A stretch of 61,750 nt of DNA, the filler included, from Choristocarpus tenellus KU-1152 (taxonomy: Eukaryota; Protista; Phaeophyceae), in NCBI GenBank assembly GCA_964200185.2. It is 6 parts of 6 records of this genome, joined end to end, with 100 filler letters (N's around TTAATTAATTAA, not from the genome) between each part and the next. Parts side by side here need not be neighbours in the genome. Positions count along the whole stretch, not along the records: positions 13,552 to 27,070 come from CAXNAD020001465.1; 5 more parts are not named here. One strand, written 5' to 3'. Position numbers and translations under genes: made by a program. Position 1 is the stretch's first letter. Each line of letters begins with the position of its first letter. Positions 13,552-26,551 of the stretch are shown piece by piece. The notes under the pieces are model-generated. The model saw nothing but the letters and a program-made list of their open reading frames with translations. It was not told the origin of the DNA and did not search any database.

Positions 13552-14258
13552 CCCCTCCCAGATACTTTGAGCCATATTGAGGAGCGCTGTTGTTGCCCTT
13601 GAGCAAAAGGGGTTTCGAATGTGGCCACCAGAATACTGGCTACAAGAAATTCTAGACCAATAATGGACTGGTTGAAGAGGTACCCACCACATAGCTCAAA
13701 AATGGTACATCCAACTGCAGGACAAGCTTGAGTCCGTTGGCCCACTGAACTTTTGTCACCCTGCCTGTTTTTCCCTTGTCCTAGGTGTTGTAGTCGGTTC
13801 AAGTGCATAATTGAGACGTATGATTGGGCCAAGGTGGGTAGGTGGATGGGCACAATTACTCTCTAGTTGGGAATCATGGATTGATGGTTAATGGAAACAC
13901 CAACAATAGCAGTAGTGCGTGTTTTATTGGCTCAGGACTAGAGAGCTCTGTTAGGACAAAGAGTTTTGGCTGGCTTGTGCCTGAGCAAACCCCAAGCAGC
14001 ACCTACTCCATATTGTGTACACATGTTTCCTGGTAGTGTGTTTGCAATACCAGGAAACTTCAAGGTTATAATAGCTCACTCACATGTCTTGGGGATAGCA
14101 CCACCTGTAAGGCACTACCAAACCAAAAATATCGCTCTCAATGCTTGGAACTCCAGGTATACATCACCCCAGAGCGACTTCCTTATCATCTTGAAATATT
14201 TTCTTGAAAAGGAATGCAGAAGTTAGTTATGAAATATGTATATGGCTCTTAGTCTTAC

Positions 14259-17200
14259 CTCTCGCGTATAGTGCCAGTACAGGCTAGGCTTCTTGTCGAT
14301 AAGTTGCTCAATGATCATGTTTACAGCCTCCGTTTCGAGTCGCTCCTCCACCTCTTTCTGTTCCTTTTCCTGGTCGAAGCTCATCTCTGTCACACTGACA
14401 AAAAGTGAACGACGGATTTACAACAGTCAGTGGTTAGGGTTAGGGTTAGGGCTAGAGTTAGAGTTAGAGTTAGAGTTATGTTCAGCATGACATACTTACT
14501 CCGGGGGTAGCAAATGATAGTAGGGTTGGTTCCAAAGGCTTCAACAATGGGACAGATGGTGAGCAGCTCGGACTCTCTCTTAGTCCGCTCCTCCCTGGTC
14601 CAGGGGCAGGAAAGTTTGTAGTATTCTAGGGGCTGGTCTTAACAAGAGTCCTACTGTTGATAATATTATTAGTTACAATTTGTACATGCACCACCAATTA
14701 TTAATTGTTCTTCGAAGTACTCAAAAGAACAAATAATGAAACAAAGCCCCCATAAGCAATGGCTATTGTTGGACCTACTCCTGGAAGGCTAGGTGCTCAC
14801 AAAGTGTGAGCAGAACTGTCTGCCCAAATCCTCATGCGCTCTAAGGTCAATAAGGCACCAATGGAATGGGAGCACCTTGATCCCCCCTCCACTTGAACCC
14901 ATCCTGTTGTGTAAGAGTAATACACATATAGGAAAGTATCGTGTCCTTTCTTTTTACACCTCTCAAGTTTTTCTTATTCAAGGGGTTCTCTTGTGGTCGA
15001 ACCTTGGCAATGCCGCCAGCTAATAGTCAATTCTTTATGTAGGCTTTTTTAGCAGAAGAGTTAAATCCCACACAGAGGCCCACTTTCACCTGTCTTGAGG
15101 AGAAATGCGAATATTGACTTCGAGTCACTAGGACCTTCCACTCTATTTTGTTGCAGCAGTGTGGTAGTCAGTGTCATGTTCGCTGTAATCATTGGGATGA
15201 TCAGCTTCAAGAGAGGAATACTAGCCAACCTCATGCTTCACGACTAGTGTAGAGTGGAAGTATCTTAGAGGGTACGAGTTTTGCCCTGTTTGTCCATTTG
15301 AGACTTGACTTCCCATGGGGTTTTTTATGACGTGTTTCTACTCCAAAATGTTTCGGAGTAGGTAAAATGTATACATTATGAAAAAGTGTATCCAGAGTCA
15401 AAGTATCTTAGAGGGTAGAGCCACGTCCATTTTGGGGCCAAAATCCAATGTTGCAATATTTATGTAATTTTGGCTATCATATTTGTTGGAAGATGTCAAT
15501 ATCCTTGTTCTGGACACACCTTTTCATAACATACACATTTTACCTTCTTCAAAACATTTTGGAGTAGGTAAAAGGTCAATAAAAAACCGTGGGAAGCCAA
15601 GCCCCAAATGGACAAACAGGGAAAACTCGTACCCTCCAAGATGCTTTCACTCTCCAGAACATGGATATTGACACTTCCTAACAAACTCGATGGCCATAAT
15701 TACATCAAAATCGCAACATTGGATTTGCCCCCAAATGGACGCGGCTCTACCCTAACCCTAAGATACTTTGGCTCGTGCACAATCCATAGAGCACAACCCA
15801 CAAGGCAAGCCAAATTGTCCTCGAGGGGGGGTGCTGTTGTTGTTAAGAGTATCTGCGTTTATTCTCTGACCTCCATCTTTTCATCCCTACCTCTATCAAT
15901 ACAACGACAATTTTTCCATCCACAGGTTCTTTTCTTTTTACACCCACAGACTCCTGACATGATGGAGCTTTACTGAATTTGGGTCGTAGAAATAGTGTAT
16001 CAGGAATCAAGATAATAAGCCGTTTGAACAACAAAAAATCCATCCCCTTTGAGGAGAGAAGTTTTCCTTCTACAAGCTGCGGTGGACACTCTATGGCATC
16101 TCAAGGAAGCTCTGCATAGCACCATCATTTCTTGTAACAATCATCATCTACGCCAGTGGCGGGCCACAATCTGAGTGGGATTCCCCACATAGCTTCCCCT
16201 CGACTTTCTAAATCATCAAGGTATGAGTGATCAGCCCATTGCAGTAAATCTCACTATAATCATGAGGACACAGACTAACCTGTGTTTAAGGATGCAATTG
16301 ACACTTTGACCTAGATTCAGGGTTCAGTGGTGGGGAAAATGTCGAGTACTCTGTATTCTTAGTAAGTGACCATTGTAGTGTGATGGAGCTTTTCAGCTTT
16401 CAACTGCACTGGCGACATATCTCATGTTTTTTTCCAGCCTAGAGAATTTTCAGCCCCCAAACAATAGACTTAGTCTCCTAGTACTACTGCTGCTGATGGC
16501 CAATATATCTCATACCTGTGAGCATAAAACTGTTGTATTTCTGGTTGCAAATTTGATCCCACGGTCAAGAATGCGCCCTTGTTTGTCTGCAGCCCACAAT
16601 ACCGACTGGTAAGGTGATTAGGGATCGGTGGTGTAAAACATGTTGCATACCATTGTTAATTTCATTAGTACTTCTTCTAGCAGAGATACGGTTGGATTCA
16701 AGAAGTAGTCCTGAGGTGTGCAATCATTCAACGGCTCCTGGAATGTTCTTTTCAGATACAGAGCAGGGGCAGGGGCCTCGACAAATGATGCATGAGGAGA
16801 GCACAACCTCATGATTCAAAGGAAGGCTTTGAGGGGGGAGCTGGCAACCAATTAAGAGTGCTTTTTCTCACTGCACTCACACACTTCACACAAGGGCTCA
16901 AACGCGTCTACAAGCATTGTCCAGCACATCTACTCTAATGAGGTATCAATGCCTCACGCAGAATCTACGGATTCCTAACAGATTGGGTTGCAGGTCTCAT
17001 CCATTGGGATGAGCTATTATGATGAGTCTCTGCAGTAAAGATGCTAGTACTGGGTTACTCACAAGCCTCACCTTGCAGAGAAGAGGGTAATGAGACGCCC
17101 ACCATGGAGTAGCTCAAATCCCTCTCTCACACACTCATGGCTACGGATAACAAGAGCAGCATGGTTTGTTCGAAGGAACTCATGTGTGACGTCTTCCCCA

Positions 17201-20200
17201 AACTCCACACCCGCTCCTCGTGCACTGATCTGACGTCCCTGGATCGGTCTTGGATCAGACCAAAGCATGGCCTCGAACAACTGCAAGGAATATCATGTCG
17301 AAAAACAAAAGCAGGGGATCAAGGGATGTGAAGATCAGGGTGAGTGCTTGTGCTGCAAAGAGTTTGAACCACTTCAGCTTGGTGTTAGAATTCAATGATT
17401 GGATGAAGAGAGGGCGCTGGGTCCATCTGTGCACTGCCTAAGGTTCCACCTTCTTTTGGTGGATACAACTTTCCAAACCCCCATCTTCTCTCAGTAGTAT
17501 CCCAAAGCAAGAAATGCAAACCTCAGTGTTGAAACCGAGAAAACTCTTGATCTATCTCTAAACCAATATCTTGGCTGGGTGAGGAGGCCTGCATGAAGTA
17601 AAGGTGGAAGTAGTGAAGCTTCAAACAATCCACATATTCCAGAACGTACACTAATCTCAATTAAAAAAAAATCAAGTAGTAGACACAGAAGCTATTTTAA
17701 TTTCTACAAGAAACCTGCACCTCTCAAACAAAAATAAACTTGATTCCCGCCCCTTTCTACCTGGTCCTCAAACACATTGCTGTGTATTGGTGGCTCCCTT
17801 TTACGGCTCATCCCCTTGATGTGATCAAGCGTCACCCCATCGTGCGAAAACAGGCCCCCATGCACGACAAAGATGCGCTCCTGGAATGGAGAGGAGGAAA
17901 AGGACTGAGGCCTTAGGCTGTAATACTCGTTCTACCTACCTTTATGGTTATTCAAGGAACCTTCATAGAAGGGTGTCGCTGTAGGTGCCAACAATGTACA
18001 AGGAAGTATTCACCGGGAACGTCATTGCCACCACTAATAAGCACACACTCACTACAAATTCATGTTGGTAGAGATGATCTGTACCAAAGACTCGGACTCA
18101 AAGCACCTAAGGGGGGTAGAGTCGCATGCATTCGGGATCATAAATCCAATGTTGCAATTTTGATTCATCTTGACTATCATGTTTGTTAGCAAGTCTCAAT
18201 ATCCTTGCTCTGGACACATGTTTCATAGTCGTATATATTTTAGGGTTAGGGTTAGTGTTCACACAGAAAACAGAAACATGGAAAAAAAAACATGGGAAGC
18301 CAAGCTCCTAACGGACAAACAGGGCAAAATTCATACCCTCTTAAGTGTTTTGGGTCACCCTTGAATACCGAATGCCAACTCAATACCTTGGTACATAGTG
18401 TGGTTGGAGAATCAGTTATATGCAGAAAATATTCCCCACTAAAGGGAGAAGGATGATGGTGAAGTAGGGTACGGCGGAGTAGTACTTTCCAATGAGAATA
18501 TTGCAGATGCAAATGAACAGCATCATAACCTTGTTGTGTGGTCTTTCTTAGTTACCACAGAGACATCAACAAAGTTGTGTAAATATTTCAGGCACTGAGA
18601 GCACGACCATATCACAAGCTCGCCATACAGGGAAACAATGATTCAGGCCCTCATTTTGCTAGACATACCCCGGCATTAGTAGTACCCTGGAGTAGACGTA
18701 CATAACTGTCACTAGAAGCAAAGCTGTGGATAGTTGTAATTGTCGTTATAGGAAAAAAAGACGGCGATTTTGGCAACCCCACCATAAGAACAATATGCAA
18801 GCCGAAAAAACAAAGGGGGGGCATTATTATCATGTATCAAGAAAGCATGAATAAAACATAAATATTTATCTCTTCTTTCCTGCACCCACAGAATAAAAAT
18901 AATTGACAGGGGTAGGGAATATATCCCTACAATGTAATAGCTTTGCTATGCTAAGTAACAAAGGTTGAGCGGCTCTACATGGTCATTACTGTTGGTGGAA
19001 TGGTAGCTGCTGGGGACTTAGCAGCAGTAAACCATCACTAACCCTAACCCTTTACCTCAACTACACTCCCATTACCGTTCAACCCTAACCCTTATTCTAA
19101 CCCTAACCCTGACCACATCCATAGCTCTAACTCCAACTCTAATCCCAAGCACGGTCTAGTCCTAGTACTTTCTGCTTCGAGTATATACACCATGAAACCA
19201 ACATGAAATGATGCTGAAATGTATCTCAGAAACTCCTTACCTGTATCATGGCGCAGAGGGGTAGGGCATCAAAGAGGGCATGGCACATTTGAAGTATTAC
19301 TCGCCCTTGTGTCCCCCTATACTTGCCAAATATCTGGCAAGATGTATCAAAGAAAGATATGCAGATGGAATGATGGATTGATGGAGGAAGGACAGGTTGA
19401 TGGGTGGGTGGAATGGATGGATGAATTTGTTGGTGCACAGTGGTGTGGGTAGGTTGTGGAGCACGTCATGAATGGGGGGCACCGTTTTTTTAGGAGATGT
19501 GGATTAACTTCCAAGGAAGGATAAAAATAGGGGCTCACATACAGTAGGCTACTACTCTAGCAGCAGCTGTCTCAGAATGATAAAGGCTTGCTTATGACAG
19601 ATTGGCTCTTGAGCAGGGGCGTGTCTTGAGGAGATATACACACATGCAGGTATGCCCATGCAAAGATGATTGCTCACACCTTTCTGATATATTCTGGGAA
19701 CCTGGTTGAATTTATAGAAACGATGTGTAAAGGCGGTCTAGTGATTTCGAGTCAGGATACTCTATCCGATCAACACAAGAGAGTCAATTAGGTATAATCC
19801 AGAGTAATGTCAGTCATCTGCACAAATTCTACAGATACACTGGAGTCATACCAAGGATAGGGCGGTAGAGGAGGTTGGGTTCATGGTAGAGATATTCTAC
19901 CAGTTCAATATCGCATACAAGCAACTCAGATGGCATCCCTGTTGGGTTGTGTGTTCCATGTTTGCTATGCCTCAATCATGCTGAGTATATATATATGTAT
20001 GGAAAATATTGATCTTGTCAAATGTAATTTGTGTCTTAGTGTTTGCCAATAGTTAATGAGGATATGGTTATTGTATGCATGGGAATTAGGGCTACCCGTT
20101 GCATGTAACACCCACACAGGATACAAAGTGGCCTTAAATGAGCCTCTCAGTACGTGCAGATAATGGACAATATCCGATAGGAAGTCGACTGAGTCGAAGT

Positions 20201-23200
20201 ATCTTAGAGGGTAGAGCCGCGTCCATTTGGGGGACAAAATCCAATGTTGCAATTTTGATGAAATCTTGGCTATCGTGTTTGTTAGGAGATGTCAATATCC
20301 TTGTTCTAGACACACTTTTTCATAACATACACATTTTACCTACTCTGAAACATTTTGGAGTAGGTAAGATGTTATTAAAAACCCGTGGGAAGCCAAGCCC
20401 CAAATGGACAAACAGGGAAAAAAACTCTTACCCTCTAAGATACTTTAACTCATTCCAGTGTTACATTGCCTGCTACTTCCATCACCTGGTGTTTTTGCTT
20501 GAGCCCTCATGAAAACTTGCTTCGAAATAAGTTTGAGGAAGGAGTTTATTAGAGTTCACCAAATACTTCAATCTTTACATCTATCGTAAGAGAGCTTGAC
20601 CACAGGAAATGATGATGAGGAAGGTGATTATTCAGATCATTTTTCCCCCATAGGGCACATGAGGATGTATTTCAAGAACATGATGCCTTCAGAGACCTCT
20701 ATCAATAGCAGACCTACGTGCACTTGGTGACAATATTTATGAGATAAATGAACTCATCTCTCCATGTGGAGTCTGAGTGCTGTTTGGAAATTTGGCACGC
20801 AGAAGGTTAAGAAGCTGCAGCCAATCTTGAGGGACCGCTCACTCATGGAGGATTAGTCCTCCAATTCTCAAGAATACGGCTATACTTCACCTCCTCTTCA
20901 AAGCCCATCATCCTGTTCTGTTGCCTTGACTCATGGTTGCCCCTGTTAAGAAAGACACTTGTTGGATACAGCACCTGGTCAATTAGCAACGGCAGAGATG
21001 GGGTAGGAAAGGAATGATACTTTTGACAGGGATGATATGAGGGCTGAGGTGGGTGGTAGACTAAGAGAATAAAACATGCCTCGAACAGGAGGTTTGCAGG
21101 ATAAAGTTTGGATAAGGGATGGGATTGTGCTCACAAGGATAATTTTAGGTTTTTGTTCCGAGGTCTAGCTTCTGTGTGATGCAAATCTAGGCATGGACCT
21201 GAGTTGGTATCAGGCAAATTGTTGTATTTGGTTTGAGGCGTGACTGGGATCAATTTACAATGGGCATTGATGGTGACGAGGGGAGATTGTAGTAGGGTAG
21301 AGAGTGGTAATAGACAATACAGTAGGAGCGACCAATGGTGAAATACTCTCTGAGCTCCTCATACATTCCATGAATTTGTAGTAATCAGGATAGAATACAG
21401 GGAAGACAGAAAATCAAAACACTTCTGGATACTAATAGGGGAGAGGAGGGCAAGTAGACATACAGATATACTGGAGTATCACTGCAATGATGGGATGTTT
21501 GTCTTAAGTATTGCGAGTGAAGGCTCGGCTCAAGTCGATGCTACTCTTGAGGGTGACGAATACTGACCATGCTTTTGTGAAAAAATGTACACACAGAGCA
21601 CACTGTGGAGGCCAATCGCCGTCACAATTCCAAACACCTGTGCCTTTTGGCGTCCATGAGGAACAGGAACTTGTTGCAGATAAGTATAAGAAGGCTGTCA
21701 GACCCATAGCATTCAAGAGGGTAGGGCCTTGTTCATTCGGGCTCATAAATCCAACGTTGCGATTTTGATTAATTTTGGCTATCGTGTTGTTAGCAAGTGT
21801 CAATACCCTTGCTCTGGACACACCTTTCATAGTCGCATACATGTTAGGTAACTGGTTTCACAGAGAAAACCGAAAAAGGGCATAAAACAATTGTGGGAAG
21901 CTAAGCCCCGAACAGACAAACAGTGCAAAACCCCTACCCTCATAAATGCGTTGACTCCCAAGCTCTTACAGCTACCAAAAGAAGAAATGGACAGAGCCAA
22001 AATGGTCACCTTGAAGGCACAGAGGGTGAAGAGGACTTCCACGCCTTTTTTTCCTCTATCCACAAAGTCCCCATTGAAGAGGTATTGGTTGGAGGAACTC
22101 GGCAAGCCATTGATGCTAAATATGGAGAAGAGATCCTGGAGTTGCCCGTGGATATCTCCAACAACTGTCATCCTTCCGTCCTCCCCCACATTGCATGTCT
22201 GCGAGGGGTTGTGAGCATTGAACAAGTCAGAGAGGGGATTGGTCATGGCATGTCCTGTATCTACTTCTAGCTCTGGACCTTGGGGAGGGACGAGTCGTGC
22301 CCTGGCTATATAGTCCCACTAGGGTACAGGTTGTGGAGTATGGGCTTGAGGATAGTGTTGATGAACTATAGGGAAGGGGGGTTAGCGAACTCCTCCTGTA
22401 TCTCTTGTCATGCTGGAAATATATAGTGGTATGTTGGTAATGAGAGCAGAGATAAAGATCAGAAGGGTCCCTACGCAGGCAACTTGATCCAGTACATTAT
22501 CCTGCTTCGTGCCTGAAATGTAGGTTTCAAATAACCCAGAGCAGTAAGCACAACATAAGGTTGAAGAAGTGCGAATGTCAGCCTTTCAGGCGCTAGACCC
22601 GTTGTGTGAGGCAAGTCCTCGATCCTGACCTAGCTCCACACGTAAACATCAAATTATAATGTGATATGTCAGCACTTCTGAAACCACTCATTTGTTACAT
22701 GCTCTTCCTACAAACAACAAGTCCATACATACCCAGTTCCACCTGTCACCATTCTCCCCTGTTCATTGGTACATAAACTTTGATTGAGGCTGCCTACTGA
22801 GCCCAACAACTGAAGGAATTTTTTAGCAGTTTAGATTCATCATGCTGTTGCAGTCGAACATTTTGGGGGCAATGGTCTAGAAAAACTTGAACTTCTGTAA
22901 CCTTACAGTCTGCAACACTTAGAGTTTTCTCCAAGGGTTCATTTGGCCATCAAATTCAAGTTTCTCGGGAGAAAATTGCACTGCTCTAAGAGACAACTCT
23001 CGTTGAACACTAAATTCAACCATCTTCAACGGCTTTTCATATTCTTGGCTCCTGATGCATAATACTTGAACAGTACCGAAAGGCTGTATTTACTGAGCGG
23101 CAACCTTTCAAAAGCCCAGCAGAACGATTGCTTGTGATGGTAGCATACCATACACTCCACGGAGACAGGTATCACAAAGGGGAACAGCAATTCAACCCCT

Positions 23201-24627
23201 GTGCAATTCGACTCGCTCAACGTTCGGTTCATAAAGTCTGGTACACTTCATACACTTTATTTTGCCTTTACCGCAAACTAGATTGCTCTATAATATATGA
23301 GATAATTGGACGCACAGAACAATTGTTAGAGAGTGCCGCAATATATTTCACGAGCATCCTCAACATTTCCTCTCATGTCCCTGTCATCTACCCTAATACC
23401 CCTGAGAGGTACCTTCCTCTTTTACTTCCCAATCCTGCACAGTACCTGCAGATATGAAAAAAATCACAACTGGTTGGAAAGCCGTTTCCCTTGAACATTC
23501 AGGCTACAACCTGTTCACTCGGGGACAGGTCACTATTTCATTAGTGATGCACCGCACAAATTTATCCCTCTCTGGAGGGAGGAAGGGGCTAGGGTTGGAC
23601 TTAAGGCAGTTAACGACACGTGTATCTCTCGAGGAGCAATGCTACCCTCTTTCAAGAATGATACTAAGAAGTACCCTGAGGAATTTTCCCCCCTAAAGCG
23701 AAATATGCAACAAAACGAAATGTCTCAGCTGGTACCTGTTCAAAAAGCCCTGTCCATTGCCACTTCAGTAAGCCCTAACCTTGATCCCTACTTGCCTGTA
23801 GAGTGGCTTCCTTGGTCAGTATATCTTTGGTCTGCTTTAACAGCTCCCATCCATACTTGCCATGCAAGATCTTTTCTTTCTTGAACTCCTCCAGCATTGT
23901 GATTATCTTCAGCAGAGGCGGCAGCAAGTCGCCAGCCATGTGTGATAACATATTCAACAGGTCATAAACGTCATTGAGAACCAATCCGACCAAAGTTTCC
24001 CATTTAGAAGAGCTCATTTATTCTACAACATTGACACTTGGTGTGTTGAAAATTGCCGAGGGTCGCAACTCCAAATATGCGAACCTGATATATGTTGAGT
24101 ATGAAGTGTACTATTGTGGTAGTAGTGAGACTTGAGTGATAGTTCGCCTCTCATTGTCCCTACTATTGCAATCAATTTGAAAAAAATGATCTCTTGAAAT
24201 ACCACCACCACGTACTGAAGGAATGAGTGCCATACTGGGAAAATGATCCCTTACGATTCTCTTGGGACATGCTACTTCTAAGTAGAAAACGTCCACCACC
24301 AAGTACCATGAAAATCTGTAGGTAAATCCTGGTCAGTGAGGGGGCTTCAAGTACAGTAACCCTTCTCCCCCTCCCCAAAGAAGGAAAACTTAACATGCAA
24401 AGTCATCCTGATATCACAGCTCAACCTAAGAAAAGCATTCATTAATCATGTGGTATGCTTGTGAGTGGTCAGCATTCACTATGGCCCCCCTCACCCCTGC
24501 CTCTCTGCTGGTGCCCAAGTGACTCCTTGCTCAAGCAAATGTGATCTATTTGTTATGCCCCTGTCACCTGTGGCTCTGTCAGGGGAAATTCAAGGCGAGG
24601 TCCATCGTACTCTAGCTCCACCTCACC
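14259..24627 (-). CDS. PPP-family Ser/Thr protein phosphatase, PPEF/RdgC (PP7)-PP5 type; N-terminus and EF-hand C-terminus not resolved
   Basis: Frame-consistent exons: 24627-24568 (EYDGPRLEFP), 23906-23796 (MLEEFKKEKILHGKY; GC donor), 22198-22010 (GDIHGQ, FNGDFVDRG), 20974-20891 (LNRGNHE), 19333-19241, 17880-17761 (VHGGL), 17280-17072 (LWSDP, RGAG, IRSHE, ITLFSA), 16605-16516 (SRYCGLQTNKGA), 14394-14259 (PPEF-like helix ...LIDKKPSLYWHYTRE). Confidence 0.92.
14432..14478. repeat. Intronic telomere-like tract (TTAGGG)3 then (TTAGAG)n
   Basis: ggttagggttagggttagggctagagttagagttagagttagag, 40-80 nt upstream of the acceptor of the phosphatase exon that begins at 14394 (minus). Confidence 0.9.
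15252..15774 (-). mobile_element. Family-A MITE (outer copy) containing a nested family-A copy
   Basis: Termini GAGTGGAAGTATCTTAGAGGGTACGAG ... CTAAGATACTTTGGCTC, interrupted at TCCA by the inner copy. Confidence 0.85.
15395..15652 (+). mobile_element. Family-A MITE (~258 bp) nested, TSD TCCA
   Basis: GAGTCAAAGTATCTTAGAGGGTAGAG ... CTCGTACCCTCCAAGATGCTTTCACTC; TCCA at 15391-15394 and 15653-15656. Confidence 0.9.
18095..18356 (+). mobile_element. Family-C MITE (A-related, GAC...GTC termini)
   Basis: GACTCAAAGCACCTAAGGGGGGTAGAG ... ACCCTCTTAAGTGTTTTGGGTC. The body is homologous to family A (AATCCAATGTTGCAATTTTG, AATATCCTTG..CTGGACAC, GGGAAGCCAAG..GGACAAACAGGG). Confidence 0.8.
19038..19150. 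repeat. Degenerate (CCCTAA)n-type hexamer array in a phosphatase intron
   Basis: ctaaccctaaccc...aaccctaaccc.ttattctaaccctaaccctgacc...ctctaactccaactctaatccc. Confidence 0.7.
20191..20451 (+). mobile_element. Family-A MITE
   Basis: GAGTCGAAGTATCTTAGAGGGTAGAG ... TACCCTCTAAGATACTTTAACTC; no intact TSD (GACT/ATTC). Confidence 0.88.
21701..21957 (+). mobile_element. Family-C MITE
   Basis: GACCCATAGCATTCAAGAGGGTAGGG ... CCCTACCCTCATAAATGCGTTGACTC; body homologous to the copies at 18095 and 26073. Confidence 0.78.
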
Positions 24628-25178
24628 CTGGACAACCGATAAAAATAATGTGGGTACAAAGGAGGGAGGGGTAGGATTTTCATGGGCGTTTGCTATGTAC
24701 TGAGGAGTAATGCTGGGGATGAGTCATAGTATAATAGAAAGGGGTCGGTTTAGATCCTTCAGAATCTAAGGGAATTATCAAATCTTCATCCTGACACCTC
24801 CATTCCCATGCCCCGAAATGTAGCTACCCCCCATCAAGAGGCTGTGGTCGTAGGTTAGGAAATGAACTTTCATCCACATAATCAAGGGATCACCCTCAAA
24901 AGAATGCTACGATCACATGCACCGGAAGGCAGTCACAGAGGTCTCTTATACTCCATGGCATACTGCACCTCAGGTTGCTCAAGGTTGTACTCAACACAAG
25001 AACAGCATGTGTCCATCTCGGCAAATTCTACTCATGTATTCAGATTCCTGTGTTGCCCTGCATCCAGTAGAGTTAGAAAAGAAAGCGTATGGAACAGGGT
25101 CATTCCGTTGCGATAAGGCAAGAACAAATTGTTTTTAGCACACCATACGGAATATGATGGGCAGTTACATGAGAAGCG

Positions 25179-25624
25179 GACCCAAAGTATCTGGGGGGGG
25201 GGAGTTCTACACCAGGGTGAGCCAAAGTATCTTAGAGGGTAGAGCTGCGTCCATTTGAGGATCAAAATCCAATGTTGCGATTTTGATGTAATTTTGGCTA
25301 TCGCGTTTGCTAGGTAGGAGATGTCAATATCCTTGTTCCGGACACAATATTTCATAGTGTATACATTTTACCTACTCTTAAACATTATTTTGGAGTAGGT
25401 AAAATGTCACTAAAAGTCCATAGGAAGTCAAGCCCCAAATGGACAAACAGGGAAAAACTCATACCCTCTAAGATACTTTCACTCGGTGTCCATTTGGGCC
25501 ATACCCAGGAGAGGTGCACTTATATTATCCATCCAACGTATGCAATCAAATCACAAAAAAAATCGCGACATGAACAAATTGACCCCAAATGGACAGTTGC
25601 CACCCCCCCCAGATAGTTTGAGCC
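25179..25624 (+). mobile_element. Family-B MITE with a family-A MITE (25219-25484) nested inside
   Basis: Outer: GACCCAAAGTATCTGGGGGG...CCCCCAGATAGTTTGAGCC (flanks AGCG/TGCG). Inner: GAGCCAAAGTATCTTAGAGGGTA...TACCCTCTAAGATACTTTCACTC, splitting the B motif CAGGGTGTCCATTT with GGT duplicated. Confidence 0.85.
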
Positions 25625-26072
25625 TGCGTCCTGCACCTCATCACTGGTGAACCGCTATCATTCTTGGTATGCAGTCTGTGGTGAGAGCGAGAGTTATCCT
25701 GCTGAGGCAGTGCTCAACAGAAATCCATCAGATCCCTAACCCCTATACTGCTACAATAAACGTACATTCATTTACATTCCTTTTAAAAATGATTGAGCAA
25801 TAATGTATCAGTTACATTATCAAGCTACCACCATCCTTGATAACCTTCTTCATGGGAGCGCGAAATACTTTTACATGACCACTGACATTCCCTCATGTTC
25901 AATAAGGTAGAGCTCTACACAGGCTGCCGCCCAGATCTGACCTTCTAAGTACCCCAGTGGACCAGGAGCGAATCTTTCAGAGAATTGAGCGACCCAGGAC
26001 CACCTCATGTCATTTAGGAGCATTAGGGTTAGGTTCACACAGGTGAAAGCAAATTTCTTAGCACTTCATCTA

Positions 26073-26551
26073 GACCCAAAGCACGTAAGAGGGTAGGGCT
26101 GCACCCGTTAGCAAGTGTCAAATCAATATCCTTGCTCCGGGCACACCTTTTGTAGTCATACACATGAGTGAAAGTATCTTAGAGGGTACGAGTTTTGCCC
26201 TGTTTGTCCATTTGGGGCTTGGCTTCCCATGGGTTATTTTATGACATTTTCCCACTTCAAAAGTTTAGGGGTAGTAAAAATGTATACGTTATGAAACGTG
26301 TATCCAGAATAAGGATATTGACACTTCCTAACCAACACGATAGCCAAAACAACATCAAAATTGTATCATTGGCTTTTGGCCCCCCAATTGGACGCAGCTC
26401 TACCCTCTAAGATACTTTGACTCACATTTTAGACATTTTAGGTAACTGTGTTAAATCAGAAAGCCGAAAAATAGTCTAAGAAACCCCTGGGAAGCCAAGC
26501 CCTGAACGGACAAACAGGGCAAAACTCCTACCCTCTTACTTGCTTTGGGTC
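26073..26551 (+). mobile_element. Family-C MITE with an inverted family-A MITE (26166-26423, TSD ACAT) nested inside
   Basis: Outer: GACCCAAAGCACGTAAGAGGGTAGG...CCTACCCTCTTACTTGCTTTGGGTC. Inner: GAGTGAAAGTATCTTAGAGGGTACGAG...TACCCTCTAAGATACTTTGACTC with ACAT on both sides. Confidence 0.88.

Noticed and set aside
14499-14597. Possible extra phosphatase exon with a GTAAGT donor
   Set aside because: Exon 16516 joins 14394 in frame with PPEF-like continuity, and this segment shows no homology.
15483-15976. Recurrent short ORFs (…VNILVLDTPFHNIHILP…PSPKWTNREN…) here and at 20138, 25404, 26195 and 39487
   Set aside because: They are chance translations of family-A MITE copies, not a gene family.
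25900-26010. Minus-strand frame …ERFAPGPLGYLE resembling a channel S2-S3 loop
   Set aside because: There is no preceding S2 helix or WNxxD motif, the phase is incompatible, and it lies across a linker from the channel gene.
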